Assembly: GCA_963718865.1 (NCBI GenBank)
Contig: CAVRAE010000003.1
Location: 859,518-923,517 of the forward strand
Length of the DNA: 64,000 bases
Direction of reading: 5' to 3'
Origin: an uncultured Gammaproteobacteria bacterium
GTDB lineage: Bacteria > Pseudomonadota > Gammaproteobacteria > Steroidobacterales > Steroidobacteraceae
Of the stretch, positions 1 to 9,421 are shown in pieces (position 1 is the first letter of the stretch; each line of letters starts with the position of its first letter). The position numbers and the translations under genes were made by a program. The notes under the pieces are model-generated. The model ran no database searches and was not told the origin of the DNA. It worked only from the letters and a program-made list of their open reading frames with translations.

Positions 1-188
1 TGCGCGTGACGTTCCGGGACATGTACCTGTTCCAGCACTGGGACATGACGCGCGAACCCACGCTGTTGATCGGCATGGACGTGCTCGGATCCTTCGACGC
101 GCTGGTCATCGATTACCGCAGGCAGCGACTCGAGTTGCGCCAGCGTCCCCTGCACGGCGACTGGATCACGATCCCGATCCGCAACTAG
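1..188 (+). CDS. C-terminal fragment of a possible retropepsin-like (clan AA) aspartyl protease; N-terminus lies outside the window
   Basis: Reading frame is open from the window edge to TAG at 186-188. The segment LLIGMDVLGSFDALVIDY resembles the C-terminal region of bacterial retropepsin-like proteases. Weak similarity, judged from memory. Confidence 0.35.
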   Translation, partial: RVTFRDMYLFQHWDMTREPTLLIGMDVLGSFDALVIDYRRQRLELRQRPLHGDWITIPIRN

Positions 189-706
189 GATTTCGCGCCC
201 GCCTGCCCGAGCCGCAGGAAGCGCCGCCGCTCGTTCCACTGGTGGCGCGCGTGCAGCCGTTCGGATTCGTTCGCAGCCTCGGCCGGCAGCGCCCGCAGCG
301 CGCGCAGCGCCCCGGCGTGCGCCATCGCCACGGTGGGGTCGGTCTGCAGCAGCGCGCGGTAGTGCGCCAGAAAATCCTGCTCGGCCGGAACCTGGCCGCC
401 GGTCAGCAGCTCGCGTGCGTGCGCCCCGATGGCCGCCGCCTCGGTGGCCGGCAAGTCCGGTGCGTGCGCCAGCGCGTGATCAATGTCCGCGATCAGCCGG
501 TACAGCGGCTGCAGCCACAGCCACTCCGGGCTGGTAGTGATCTGCTGCAGGCGCTCAAGGGGAGAGGCCGGAGGCGCGAAATGGCGCTCGGTTTCCAGCA
601 GTGCGCCCAGCACCGTCTGCAGCGCGGCACTCACTTCGCGCAGGTGATCGAGCCACGGATGTTCAGCGCTCACTGCAGATCCTTTCGGCACAATCGACGA
701 GTTCAC
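185..706 (-). CDS. hypothetical protein (about 162-173 aa)
   Basis: Intact ORF directly downstream of and co-directional with the HAD hydrolase gene. An in-frame GTG at 673 is an alternative start. No recognisable motif. Confidence 0.45.
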   Translation of the reverse strand: MNSSIVPKGSAVSAEHPWLDHLREVSAALQTVLGALLETERHFAPPASPLERLQQITTSPEWLWLQPLYRLIADIDHALAHAPDLPATEAAAIGAHARELLTGGQVPAEQDFLAHYRALLQTDPTVAMAHAGALRALRALPAEAANESERLHARHQWNERRRFLRLGQAGAKS

Positions 707-1340
707 CGATGCGGCTCACGGTTATATCCGCCTGCGGGTAGGCGGCCAGCTCGCGTGCATCCAGCGCGTAGTGCCCCTGCCGTGGGAACACCGTGGTCAG
801 CCGCTCGCCCCAGAAGCCCTTCATCGCGGTGAGGATACGCAGCTTATCGTCCACCATCACGTAGTGTGCGGCCGGATAGCGCCTCTCGACGGCAGGCAGC
901 ATCTGCTCCTTGTGCAGGTAGATCAGTACCCGTCCCGCCACCGCATCCCACAGGCCCGAGCGCTGCACTTTGCGGGGCTGAAACACGACGTCACCGTCCG
1001 ACAGAATCACGGTTTGCCCCAGGCGGCCACAGCACTCGAGTGCGGCGAGTGCCCCCGGATACAGGCGCTGGGCAAACGGGTAGTCCACCAGGAACGCCGA
1101 GACCTTCAGCAGCAGCGGATCGTCGAGGTTCTCGAGACGGTAGCGCTGCAGGGCGCCAAGATAATCCGCGTAGCCGAGCTCGGCGCGCAGCTGCTCGAAA
1201 ATCGCCCAGTACCGGTCGCGGCTGGTGGTGCCGAATTCCCGTGCGAGGTGAGCGCTCAGGTCATCCTGCACGGCATCGTTGTCGAGCAGCGTGTTATCCA
1301 CATCGAAGAGAAAAACCGTCTTGGCCGCCGCAGCCGGCAT
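663..1340 (-). CDS. HAD-superfamily hydrolase
   Basis: N-terminal DxDxT motif (FLFDVDNTLL) and a later SDGD motif. Start set at ATG 1340 (MPAAAAKTVFLFDVD); the upstream part of the 300-aa ORF looks non-coding. Confidence 0.75.
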   Translation of the reverse strand: MPAAAAKTVFLFDVDNTLLDNDAVQDDLSAHLAREFGTTSRDRYWAIFEQLRAELGYADYLGALQRYRLENLDDPLLLKVSAFLVDYPFAQRLYPGALAALECCGRLGQTVILSDGDVVFQPRKVQRSGLWDAVAGRVLIYLHKEQMLPAVERRYPAAHYVMVDDKLRILTAMKGFWGERLTTVFPRQGHYALDARELAAYPQADITVSRIGELVDCAERICSER

Positions 1341-1484
1341 AACTGTGACCGCGCTCCCTGCCCACGCCTGCCGATGAGTGTACGCTCTCCGCAGGAACGC
1401 GAACGTGCCCCTACGGGCTGTCAACCTGTCACGCCGGAGGGCGTTGCACGCGTTTAGTCGTTTTGCGCCCGGAGGTAACGCAAC

Positions 1485-2732
1485 ATGAATATGTCCTCGT
1501 CCCTGAAGTGCGCCATCGCCGCAACGGTACTTACAACGCTTGCCAGCTGCGGCGGCTATGGGCACGACGATTACTTCGGCTACCCCTACCCCAGCCAGAC
1601 CATCACGGTCCCCAATTCGATCGCGGTCGCGGATGTGAACGGCGACGGCGTCCCGGATCTGTTGGTGGCGACCACGCTCGATCAGGGCCAGTTCAACAAC
1701 CCGGGCTTCGCGAACGTCATCCTCGGACAGACGAGCGCCCCGGGCACCTACCAGACCGGGGTCTCATATCCGACTACCGGCCCCAATCCGTCCAGCATCG
1801 CGGTCGGGGATTTTGAGGGCTCCGGACATCTCGACCTGGTCATTGCGAATTTCGGCAGCGGCAGCGTCACCGTCTACATCCACGGTTCGACCCCCGGGGT
1901 CTTCCAGCCAGGACTCGACATCGTCACCGGCGGGACGCCGAATCAGGTGGCGGTCGGCAGTCTTAACGGCGGCAACCCCGACATCGTGGTAGCGGACGCG
2001 AGCGCCAGCGGCAACGTGATCGTACTGTTTCACGATCCGGCCAACCCCGGGAAATTTCTCGCCCCGGTAATGCTGCCGACGGGCGTCACCACCAGCGGCG
2101 TGGCGATTGCCGACATCAACGGCGACGGGCATCCGGACATCGCGGCGGCGACCTACGATTCCAACGGCAACAACGGCGCGGTTTTTGTCTTCTACCAGAG
2201 CGCAACCTCCCCGGGCACCTTCGCGGCTCCGGTGCAGTTTCCCGCCGGCGCACAGCCGCAGGCCGTGCGCATCGCCGACGTCAATGGCGACGGGCTGCCG
2301 GATCTGGTGGTCGCGAACCTCGGACCCGGGTCCGACGGCACAGGTTCGGCCGGCGTGTCGGTGCTGCTGCAGAACCCGGCCAATCACGGCAGCTTCCTGG
2401 CACCAGTTACCTACCTCACGCAAAGCGGCGCGGTCGATGTTGCCGTGGGTGATCTCAACGGCGACGGTAAGCCCGACCTCGTCGTCGCGAACTTGGGTCC
2501 CGCGCCTACCGGAAGTGTGTCGGTGCTGCTGCAGAATCCGGCGAGTCCCGGCACCTTCGCGGCCGCGACCAATTACCCGGGTCTCGGGCAGCCCCTGAGC
2601 GTCGCCATCGCCGACCTGAACGGTGATGGGCACCCGGACATCGCGGTCGCCGATGCCACCACCGCGACGGTCATGCTGCAGAACGCCAGCGCGCCTGGCA
2701 CGTTCGCGCAGCCGGTGCAGGTCGGCCAATAG
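1485..2732 (+). CDS. FG-GAP/VCBS-repeat lipoprotein, predicted 7-bladed beta-propeller
   Basis: GGAGG ribosome-binding site. Lipoprotein signal ending LASC. Seven repeats of the type (I/V)ADxNGDGxPDLVVAN with Ca-binding-like DxNGDG loops. Confidence 0.85.
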   Translation: MNMSSSLKCAIAATVLTTLASCGGYGHDDYFGYPYPSQTITVPNSIAVADVNGDGVPDLLVATTLDQGQFNNPGFANVILGQTSAPGTYQTGVSYPTTGPNPSSIAVGDFEGSGHLDLVIANFGSGSVTVYIHGSTPGVFQPGLDIVTGGTPNQVAVGSLNGGNPDIVVADASASGNVIVLFHDPANPGKFLAPVMLPTGVTTSGVAIADINGDGHPDIAAATYDSNGNNGAVFVFYQSATSPGTFAAPVQFPAGAQPQAVRIADVNGDGLPDLVVANLGPGSDGTGSAGVSVLLQNPANHGSFLAPVTYLTQSGAVDVAVGDLNGDGKPDLVVANLGPAPTGSVSVLLQNPASPGTFAAATNYPGLGQPLSVAIADLNGDGHPDIAVADATTATVMLQNASAPGTFAQPVQVGQ

Positions 2733-2736
2733 CGCA

Positions 2737-2764
2737 GTGGGTGGGGTGCCATCACCCCACCCAC
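2737..2764. terminator. perfect 12-bp hairpin between convergent genes (likely bidirectional terminator)
   Basis: GTGGGTGGGGTG-CCAT-CACCCCACCCAC starts 5 nt after the lipoprotein stop codon. No strong U-tract. Confidence 0.55.
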
Positions 2765-2807
2765 CACCTTGAAGCTTCCCGATGATTGGCCAGCGCGGCC
2801 TAAGGCT

Positions 2808-3695
2808 TCAGCGTGCGGTGTACCCGCGCGCGTCGAGGCAGGCGATGATGGCCCGCCGGTAATCCGCAGGATTCCCGGCCTGCTGGCCCGAGCGGGTCGG
2901 GTCAAAGCCGGTCTGGTTCACCGCCCAGCTGTGGCACTGATACCGATCGGTCGAGGTCTGCTGTTCGTTCTGCCCGTTGCGCGGATACACGTACACGTCA
3001 GCCGAGCCACTCTGACCGTGGGCACCCGCCGGCGGTTGCGGGGCGCTGTACTGCGAAGCATCGGCGCCGCCGTACTGCGGGGCATCCGCGGTTGCATCGC
3101 CCGGCGCGTCGCCCGAGTCGGTGCCGCCCACCGGCGGCGGGTCGGTCACGACGTAGCCGTTGTAGCCGGGGTTCCAGGTGTAATAAAGGTCATTGCAGTA
3201 GTAGTACGGCAACCCGCCCCACCAGTAAGTCGCGTAGCCGAGGGGCAGCAGCGGCAGGAACCAGGCGTAGCCCGGATAGAAGTAGGCATGGGGCCAGAAC
3301 CTTCCGCCCCAGTAGCCACCGCCCCAGTAGTGCGCACCGCCCCAGCCGGCACGCCCGCCGGCAAATCCGGGATGGCCCGTAAAGCCGTTGCGTACGCCCT
3401 GGAAGCCGTGGGCCGGGTAGCCACCGGCGAAGTGCGGCGCGGCGTAATGCGCGCCGCCACCAAAGCCGCGGGCGTGTCCAGCGGCGAAATGCGCACCCGC
3501 GGCATGACCGCCTCCATGGCCGCCGCCGCTGACGTGGCCGCCGCCGCTGAAGTGTCCGCCGCCGCCCATGTGTCCTCCCCCGAAGCTGTGCTGCGCATAG
3601 CTGAGTGTCGGGGCACACGCCACTGCGACACCAAGGAGCACTGCTCCGAAGGTTCCGATCGCCCGTCGCGCGTTTACTGTGTTCACGTTCATCAC
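2808..3695 (-). CDS. secreted Gly/His-rich, aromatic-rich protein with a Cys-containing C-terminal domain
   Basis: Signal peptide ending SYAQ. GGGH(F/V)S repeats, then a W/Y/G-rich segment (HYWGGGYWGGRFW, PYYYCNDLYYTW), a Pro/Asp-rich linker, and a C-terminal YVYPRNGQ...C..WA..QTGFDP...C motif. Confidence 0.7.
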   Translation of the reverse strand: MMNVNTVNARRAIGTFGAVLLGVAVACAPTLSYAQHSFGGGHMGGGGHFSGGGHVSGGGHGGGHAAGAHFAAGHARGFGGGAHYAAPHFAGGYPAHGFQGVRNGFTGHPGFAGGRAGWGGAHYWGGGYWGGRFWPHAYFYPGYAWFLPLLPLGYATYWWGGLPYYYCNDLYYTWNPGYNGYVVTDPPPVGGTDSGDAPGDATADAPQYGGADASQYSAPQPPAGAHGQSGSADVYVYPRNGQNEQQTSTDRYQCHSWAVNQTGFDPTRSGQQAGNPADYRRAIIACLDARGYTAR

Positions 3696-3875
3696 CTTTT
3701 GGCTTCGCCTGGTTGATTAGACGCCTTGCATCGGCGGCTGTTCAAGTTGACATACATTAAAACGCAGTCGCGACCCGTTACGTTGACGTGTGCCCTTAAT
3801 GGGGGAACGGAGGTCTCACTTAAAGCTGGTTTTTGAGGGTTGCGGCGTTAACTTTCATTAAGAATCCATTCAGCT

Positions 3876-4841
3876 TCAGAACACCAGGTTGATCGCGACC
3901 GCCGGCGTTATGCTCGTGGTGACGTTGCGCCCGCTGGGTATGATGCGCACGCCACCAATCACTCCGGCGTTGCCGCTCCAGCTGTACTCGACCGCCGGCG
4001 CAAATCCCAGCGAGGCGCTGGCTCCCGAGGCCTGCTGGAAACTCACCAGCACGCCACTGCCTGGGAGCTGTGGCTGCAGACCCGCGATGCGGGTGCTGTC
4101 AGCGTGCTGGTAAACCACGTCCATCGCCAGCACCCAGCTGCGGGTCAGGCTGTACTCCCCGGCGAGATCCACGGTGGCCGCATCCCCCGGATACACGCGG
4201 CCACGGAACCCCCCCGAGGTACCGTATACGCTCGCATCCTGCACGCCAGCCGCCGCGGACACCTGGTAGGTGAGATCCAGCCGCGCCCGCAGAATCCGCC
4301 CGTTCGGCAGCCACAGATAATCCTGCGAGTAGAGCGACAGCGCCGTGCTGTAGACACCCGCGCCAAGACCATCGGCGGACCTCTGCAGCCGGTCGAAGCG
4401 GCCGGTGGGAAAGGTTTCCGCGAGGACCACGGAAATCGCCGGCATGAGATGCCCGTCCTCGAAGGCGGTGATGCCGTACTGCGCCTGCAGAGTCAGGTCG
4501 CCCACTCCCACCGCCGAACTGTTGTCGGCCCCGGCCGGCTCGTTGTAGCCAAAGCGCGGAATCAGCCCGACCGCGAAGCGGTCCGTGACGCTGTAAATGA
4601 GATAACTGAGCGAACCTAAGTCGTGCTCACCGGCAACAGGGTGATGTGCGCCGTTCGTATCCAGGCGGCCGGTACTGATCACGTCGAACAGGTACGGCTC
4701 GAACAACACGTGGCCCGCGGGCATGGTCGCGGCGTTGGCCGCCAGCAACGGACCCGTCCACCACGCGTCATCGCGCGATTCATCGGCCTGCGCCGTGGCA
4801 CACAGCATCACTCCCAGCAAGTTCAGGATCCACCAGCGCAC
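3876..4841 (-). CDS. outer-membrane beta-barrel protein (MetA-pathway/phenol-degradation-like transporter family)
   Basis: Signal peptide ending ATAQA. Alternating beta-strand pattern and a C-terminal INLVF with terminal Phe. N-terminal WWTGPLLAANAATMPAGH..EPY is typical of this family (from memory). Start chosen at GTG 4841, which has a GGAGG 7 nt upstream; ATG 4886 is also possible. Confidence 0.6.
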   Translation of the reverse strand: MRWWILNLLGVMLCATAQADESRDDAWWTGPLLAANAATMPAGHVLFEPYLFDVISTGRLDTNGAHHPVAGEHDLGSLSYLIYSVTDRFAVGLIPRFGYNEPAGADNSSAVGVGDLTLQAQYGITAFEDGHLMPAISVVLAETFPTGRFDRLQRSADGLGAGVYSTALSLYSQDYLWLPNGRILRARLDLTYQVSAAAGVQDASVYGTSGGFRGRVYPGDAATVDLAGEYSLTRSWVLAMDVVYQHADSTRIAGLQPQLPGSGVLVSFQQASGASASLGFAPAVEYSWSGNAGVIGGVRIIPSGRNVTTSITPAVAINLVF

Positions 4842-5071
4842 CTGCAACCCTCCAACACCGATTCGCACCTGACAGCCCCTAATCATCGCGGCAGTGCGAT
4901 CCGCCGCGCAGCCCGATTCCTGCTGTGAACTATGTCACATGTCAGCGCACGATTAACTTCGTGTAACAAAGGTCAGCAATCCGCAAGTTGCGACGTTGGT
5001 ACCGCTCAGGCAGCCGGAAAATCCGGCTAAATCCCGACCACCGGAACCCGGTCCCTTAAGGAGCAAGTCCC

Positions 5072-5410
5072 ATGTTGAAATCCGTACGCACCGTTCTGAC
5101 CGTCGCCGCTGCGAGCTTCGCATTGGCCGGCCTTGCCACCAACGCCATGGCCGACACCCAGTGGCAGAAGAATCACCCGCGCCGCGAACAGGTGAACAAC
5201 CGCCTGAAGAATCAGAACAAGCGCATTCACAAGGAAGTGAAGGAAGGCGAGCTGAGCAAGGGCCAGGCAGCGAAGCTGCATCACGAGGACCATGCGCTGC
5301 GCAAGGAAGAGCGCACCATGGCGAGCACCGATCACGGTCATCTCACCAAGACCGATCAGCGCGCGCTCAATCAGCAGGAAAACCAGGTCAGCAAGCAGAT
5401 CGGCCGCTAA
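5072..5410 (+). CDS. small secreted basic His/Gln-rich protein (function unknown)
   Basis: AAGGAG ribosome-binding site. Signal peptide ending NAMA. Helical charged body containing LHHEDH, TDHGHLTKTDQ. Confidence 0.65.
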   Translation: MLKSVRTVLTVAAASFALAGLATNAMADTQWQKNHPRREQVNNRLKNQNKRIHKEVKEGELSKGQAAKLHHEDHALRKEERTMASTDHGHLTKTDQRALNQQENQVSKQIGR

Positions 5411-5429
5411 CCCGGCAGGGCCTCGGCCG

Positions 5430-5453
5430 GGGGGCGCAGGCAACTGCGCCCCC
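5430..5453. terminator. 10-bp GC hairpin between convergent genes
   Basis: GGGGGCGCAG-GCAA-CTGCGCCCCC lies between the 5410 stop and the yhhQ stop. Confidence 0.5.
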
Positions 5454-5467
5454 GCCGGCCGCGGCTT

Positions 5468-6160
5468 TCATGCCCGCAGCGAAAACGGCGTGAAGTTCGT
5501 GCCGCTATCGTAGTAGTCCTCCTGCTCCATGCGCTTCAGGAACGCGACGACCCGGTAGGTTACCGGCGTCATGAACACCTCCCACGCGGACTTCAGTACG
5601 TACTGGGTGACGGTGACCGTCAGCAGGTCGCTGCCCTTCCACAGGCCAGCAAAGGCGATGCTGTAGAAGAGCGCAGAATCCACCAGCTCCCCGCACAGCG
5701 TCGAGCCGATGATGCGCGTCCACAGCCACTGCCCGCGCGTCATGAGCTTCATTTTCGCCAGCACGTAGCTGTTGACGAATGAGCCGCACCAGAACGCGAT
5801 GATGGAGGCGCAGATGATGCGCGGGGTATTGCCGAATATCTCCTCGACCGCCGGCTGTTTCGAGCGCCAGAAGTCCGCGGGCGGCAAGTGCACGATCACC
5901 GCAGCCATCACGGCTGCGAAAACCAGCGCCGCGAACCCGCTCCATACGCACCGCCGGTCGCGCGCGTAGCCATACACCTCGGTAAGGATGTCGCCGAAAA
6001 CGTAGGAGATGGGAAAGAACAGCACGCCGGCCATGAAGGTGACGGAGCCGATGAGCGGCACGTGCAGCGTCGATACCTTGGCCGGACCGATTATGTTGGC
6101 GCACAGCAGTACGCACACATACGCGCCCAGGATCAGGTCGTAGTAGCGGTAATTCTTCAC
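5468..6160 (-). CDS. yhhQ: queuosine-precursor transporter YhhQ (VUT/DUF165 family)
   Basis: YYDLILGAYVCVLLCANIIG...FFPISYVFGDILTEVYGY is typical of YhhQ; multiple transmembrane segments. The GTG start overlaps the fahA stop (GTGA). Confidence 0.85.
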   Translation of the reverse strand: MKNYRYYDLILGAYVCVLLCANIIGPAKVSTLHVPLIGSVTFMAGVLFFPISYVFGDILTEVYGYARDRRCVWSGFAALVFAAVMAAVIVHLPPADFWRSKQPAVEEIFGNTPRIICASIIAFWCGSFVNSYVLAKMKLMTRGQWLWTRIIGSTLCGELVDSALFYSIAFAGLWKGSDLLTVTVTQYVLKSAWEVFMTPVTYRVVAFLKRMEQEDYYDSGTNFTPFSLRA

Positions 6161-7476
6161 GCCTGCGCCGCCGGCAACACCGTGCCGGTAGCCTCACCGA
6201 AGCCGATACGTGTGCACCCCTCGCGTTCGCACCAGCCCCGTAAACTCACCCGGTCCCCGTCCTCGAGGAAGGTGCGCGTCTCACCGGAGGCGAGCATGAG
6301 GGGCTGCCTGCCCCCGGCGCTCAGCTCAATGAGCGACCCAGCCTCCGCCGGCAACGGCCCGGACTGCGTGCCGCTGCCCAGGAGATCCCCCGGCTGCAGA
6401 TTGCAGCCGTTGACCGTGTGATGCGTCACCATCTGCGACACCGTCCACCATGCGTCGCGGAAACCCGAATGCGACAGCCGCTGTGCGGGCGCCCCACGCG
6501 CGCGCATGCGCGCCGTGTCCAGCCACACTTCAAGCTGGATATCGATCGCACCGCTGAGCGGCGTAGCGGCATCGGCGAGATACGCCAGGGGCTGGGGTTC
6601 GTCCGCCGGCCGCGCCCACGGCCGGCGAAACGGCGCGAGCGCCTCGAGCGTGATCACCCAGGGGGAGACGGTGGTGGCGAAGTTCTTGCCAAGAAAGGGC
6701 CCGAGCGGCTGGTACTCCCATGACTGGATATCGCGTGCCGACCAGTCATTCAGCAGACACAACCCGAACACGTGCCGTTCCGCTTCAGCGAGCGGCACCG
6801 GTGACCCCAGCGCGTTGCCGCGGCCGATGAACACGCCGACTTCCAGCTCGTAGTCGAGCCGCCGCGTCGGCGTGAGTTGCGGTGTCTTCTCCCCCGGCAC
6901 CAGCACCTGCCCGACCGGTCGCGGGAAATCAAATCCCGATACGCGGATGGAGGAAGCCCGGCCGTGATAGGCGATGGGCAGCCACTTGAAATTCGGCAGT
7001 AGCGGATTGTCGGGACGAAACAGCCGCCCGACGGCGGTGGCGTGGTGAATCGAGGCGTAGAAATCCGTGTAGTCGCCCACATCGGCGGCGACCCGGTACT
7101 CAACCGCCGCCTGCGCCAGCAGCGCAGTCCGCAGCCGCGCCTCGTGCACCGCTCCGGTGCGCAATGCCGCGGACAGTGCCGCGCGCAGCGCCGCCGAGCC
7201 CGCGTGCCCCATCGCCATGAACGCATTCAGCGATGAGTGCGTGCATGCAGCCGCCGCCTGCGCCGCGAGCCCGTCGAGCACTCCCATGGCGCTGAGCGCC
7301 GCGAGATCCAGGACCGCATCGCCGAGCGCCACGCCGCCGCGAAACGCCTCACGGCTGCCCGCGCGGCGGAATGCAGCGAACGGCAGGTTCTGGATGGGAA
7401 AGTCACACCGTGGCGCATTCGCCGGCTCCAGCCAGCTGCGCAGCTGCGGGTCGTGCGTGGCGTTTACGTCACTCAC
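6157..7476 (-). CDS. fahA: fumarylacetoacetase
   Basis: [27 protein letters not shown] and [11 protein letters not shown] motifs. GTG start at 7476 overlaps the hmgA stop (GTGA). The longer 560-aa ORF is read-through into hmgA. Confidence 0.9.
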   Translation of the reverse strand: MSDVNATHDPQLRSWLEPANAPRCDFPIQNLPFAAFRRAGSREAFRGGVALGDAVLDLAALSAMGVLDGLAAQAAAACTHSSLNAFMAMGHAGSAALRAALSAALRTGAVHEARLRTALLAQAAVEYRVAADVGDYTDFYASIHHATAVGRLFRPDNPLLPNFKWLPIAYHGRASSIRVSGFDFPRPVGQVLVPGEKTPQLTPTRRLDYELEVGVFIGRGNALGSPVPLAEAERHVFGLCLLNDWSARDIQSWEYQPLGPFLGKNFATTVSPWVITLEALAPFRRPWARPADEPQPLAYLADAATPLSGAIDIQLEVWLDTARMRARGAPAQRLSHSGFRDAWWTVSQMVTHHTVNGCNLQPGDLLGSGTQSGPLPAEAGSLIELSAGGRQPLMLASGETRTFLEDGDRVSLRGWCEREGCTRIGFGEATGTVLPAAQA

Positions 7477-8828
7477 TTGCGCCGTCCCGCGCGGCGCCGT
7501 GGGGCGCGTTTCGCGGGCGCCACCCAGTCCGGGGAGAAGTGCTTGGGCAGATCCCGCCAGACACGCGAGTAGCCCTTCTGCAGCTGCCGCGACTCCAGCG
7601 CGAAGCGCGTCGGGCGGATCAGCGTGCGCGTCTCGAACATGAACGCCATGGTAGCGACGATGTGCGCCGGACGTGAGGTATCGGCGCGCAGCGCCTTCTC
7701 GTAGCTGGCCGCATCCGGCCCATGGCCGCTCATGCAGTTGTGCAGCGACGCCCCGCCCGGCGCAAAGCCTTCGGCCTTGGCGTCGTAGACACCCGTAATC
7801 AGTCCCATGAATTCGCTCGCGACGTTGCGATGGAACCACGGTGGACGGAAGGTGTCCTGGGCGACCTGCCAGCGTGGCGGGAAGATAACGAAGTCGATGC
7901 CATCAACCCCGGGCGTGTCGCTCTGTGACTGCAGCACGAGGAATATCGAGGGATCCGGATGATCGTAGCTCACCGAGCCGATGGTGTTGAAACGCCGCAG
8001 ATCGTATTTGTAGGGCGCGTTGTTGCCGTGCCAGGCAACTACATCAAGAGGCGAATGGCTGATGGGCGCCGTCCACAACCTGCCGGCAAATTTCGCGATG
8101 AGTTCGAACTCACCCTCGCGGTCCTCATAGGACGCCACCGGGGTGAGGAAATCGCGTGGATTTGCCAGGCCGTTGGCGCCAATCGGGCCGAGGTCCGGAA
8201 GGCGTAACGGTGCGCCGAAGTTCTCGCAGATATAGCCGCGAGCCTCGCGCTCCAGGAGCTCAACCCGAAAACGCAGACCGCGCGGGATCACGACGATCTC
8301 CTGCGGCGCCGCCTCGATGACTCCCAGTTCAGTCGCTATGCGCAGGCCGCCGAGCTGCGGCACCAGCAGCAACTCCCCGTCGGCGTCATAGAAAAAGCGC
8401 TCGCGCATGGAGCGATTGGCCACGTACCAGTAGATGCCGCAGCCGAGCTGCGCATCCGGCGAGCCGTTGCCGGCGATCGTGCGCAGACCGGTGACGAAGT
8501 CGGTCGCCTGGCGCGGCACCGGCAACGGGTCCCAGCGCAGCTGGTTCGGCGATGGCGTGAGCTCCCCGAAGCGGTTGCTGACCCCCGCGGCCTCGAGCGC
8601 CACGAATTCCCCGTGCACGGCCGCCGGCCGGATGCGATACAGCCAGCTGCGGCGGTTGCTGTGGCGCGGCGCGGTGAACGCGGTGCCCGAGAACTGCTCG
8701 GCATACAGGCCGTAGGCGCAGGCTTGCGGGGAGTTGCGTCCCGCGGGCAAGGCTCCAGGCAGCGCCTCGGTCGCGAAGTGGTTGCCGAAGCCGCATTGGT
8801 AGCGCAGCGCTGCCGCGACGCTCGTCAT
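7473..8828 (-). CDS. hmgA: homogentisate 1,2-dioxygenase
   Basis: [26 protein letters not shown]...[14 protein letters not shown]...[11 protein letters not shown]. Start at ATG 8828. Confidence 0.95.
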   Translation of the reverse strand: MTSVAAALRYQCGFGNHFATEALPGALPAGRNSPQACAYGLYAEQFSGTAFTAPRHSNRRSWLYRIRPAAVHGEFVALEAAGVSNRFGELTPSPNQLRWDPLPVPRQATDFVTGLRTIAGNGSPDAQLGCGIYWYVANRSMRERFFYDADGELLLVPQLGGLRIATELGVIEAAPQEIVVIPRGLRFRVELLEREARGYICENFGAPLRLPDLGPIGANGLANPRDFLTPVASYEDREGEFELIAKFAGRLWTAPISHSPLDVVAWHGNNAPYKYDLRRFNTIGSVSYDHPDPSIFLVLQSQSDTPGVDGIDFVIFPPRWQVAQDTFRPPWFHRNVASEFMGLITGVYDAKAEGFAPGGASLHNCMSGHGPDAASYEKALRADTSRPAHIVATMAFMFETRTLIRPTRFALESRQLQKGYSRVWRDLPKHFSPDWVAPAKRAPRRRAGRRK

Positions 8829-8848
8829 GGTCCCTGAGCCCTTGCTGG

Positions 8849-8905
8849 TTGGCGCGTGGATCGTACGGGCTCTATAATGGCACAAACGGTTGCGCACGCA
8901 ACTGT
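8849..8905 (+). promoter_or_regulatory. candidate sigma70 promoter plus near-palindromic operator in the hmgA/marR divergent region
   Basis: TTGGCG (8849-8854), an 18-nt spacer, then a perfect TATAAT (8873-8878). This is followed by the 20-bp imperfect inverted repeat ACGGTTGCGCACGCAACTGT (8886-8905). Confidence 0.4.
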
Positions 8906-8917
8906 CTGGAGAACGCC

Positions 8918-9421
8918 GTGTCCCCGCGATCCACCCGCCCGGCCTCGCTGCAGCTGGCGCGCTTCGTGCCCTTTCGCTTGAACCGCCTGGCGGCCGCCGT
9001 AAGCCAGCATCTGTCGGCCATCTACCGGGGACGCTTCCGGCTCGATATCCCGGAATGGCGCGTCATGGCGACCGTCGGCCAGGACCCGCGCTGCACCGCG
9101 CAGTACATCGCCGCCAGTACGCGCATGCACAAGACCCGCGTCAGCCGCGCCATTGCGCACCTGCTGCAGCGCGGGCTCATCGAACGCGTAGCGCGGGCGG
9201 CGGACCGGCGCGAGATGCAGCTGCGCCTGAGCAGCTCCGGCAGGCGCATGTACGCGCAGCTCGTGCCGCTCGCCTTGCGGCGCGAGCGCGCGCTGCTCGC
9301 CTGCATGAGCGCGCGTGAGCTGCGCGGCTTCATCAGCGGACTCGCGCGCCTGGAGGGGTTTCTGGGTCTCACGGGTCCCGCGGCGCCCGCTTCCGCCGGC
9401 AATGCGGAGCCGCTGCCATGA
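8918..9421 (+). CDS. MarR-family transcriptional regulator
   Basis: Winged-helix core ([45 protein letters not shown]). GTG 8918 is preceded by GGAG. It is divergent from hmgA. Confidence 0.8.
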   Translation: MSPRSTRPASLQLARFVPFRLNRLAAAVSQHLSAIYRGRFRLDIPEWRVMATVGQDPRCTAQYIAASTRMHKTRVSRAIAHLLQRGLIERVARAADRREMQLRLSSSGRRMYAQLVPLALRRERALLACMSARELRGFISGLARLEGFLGLTGPAAPASAGNAEPLP

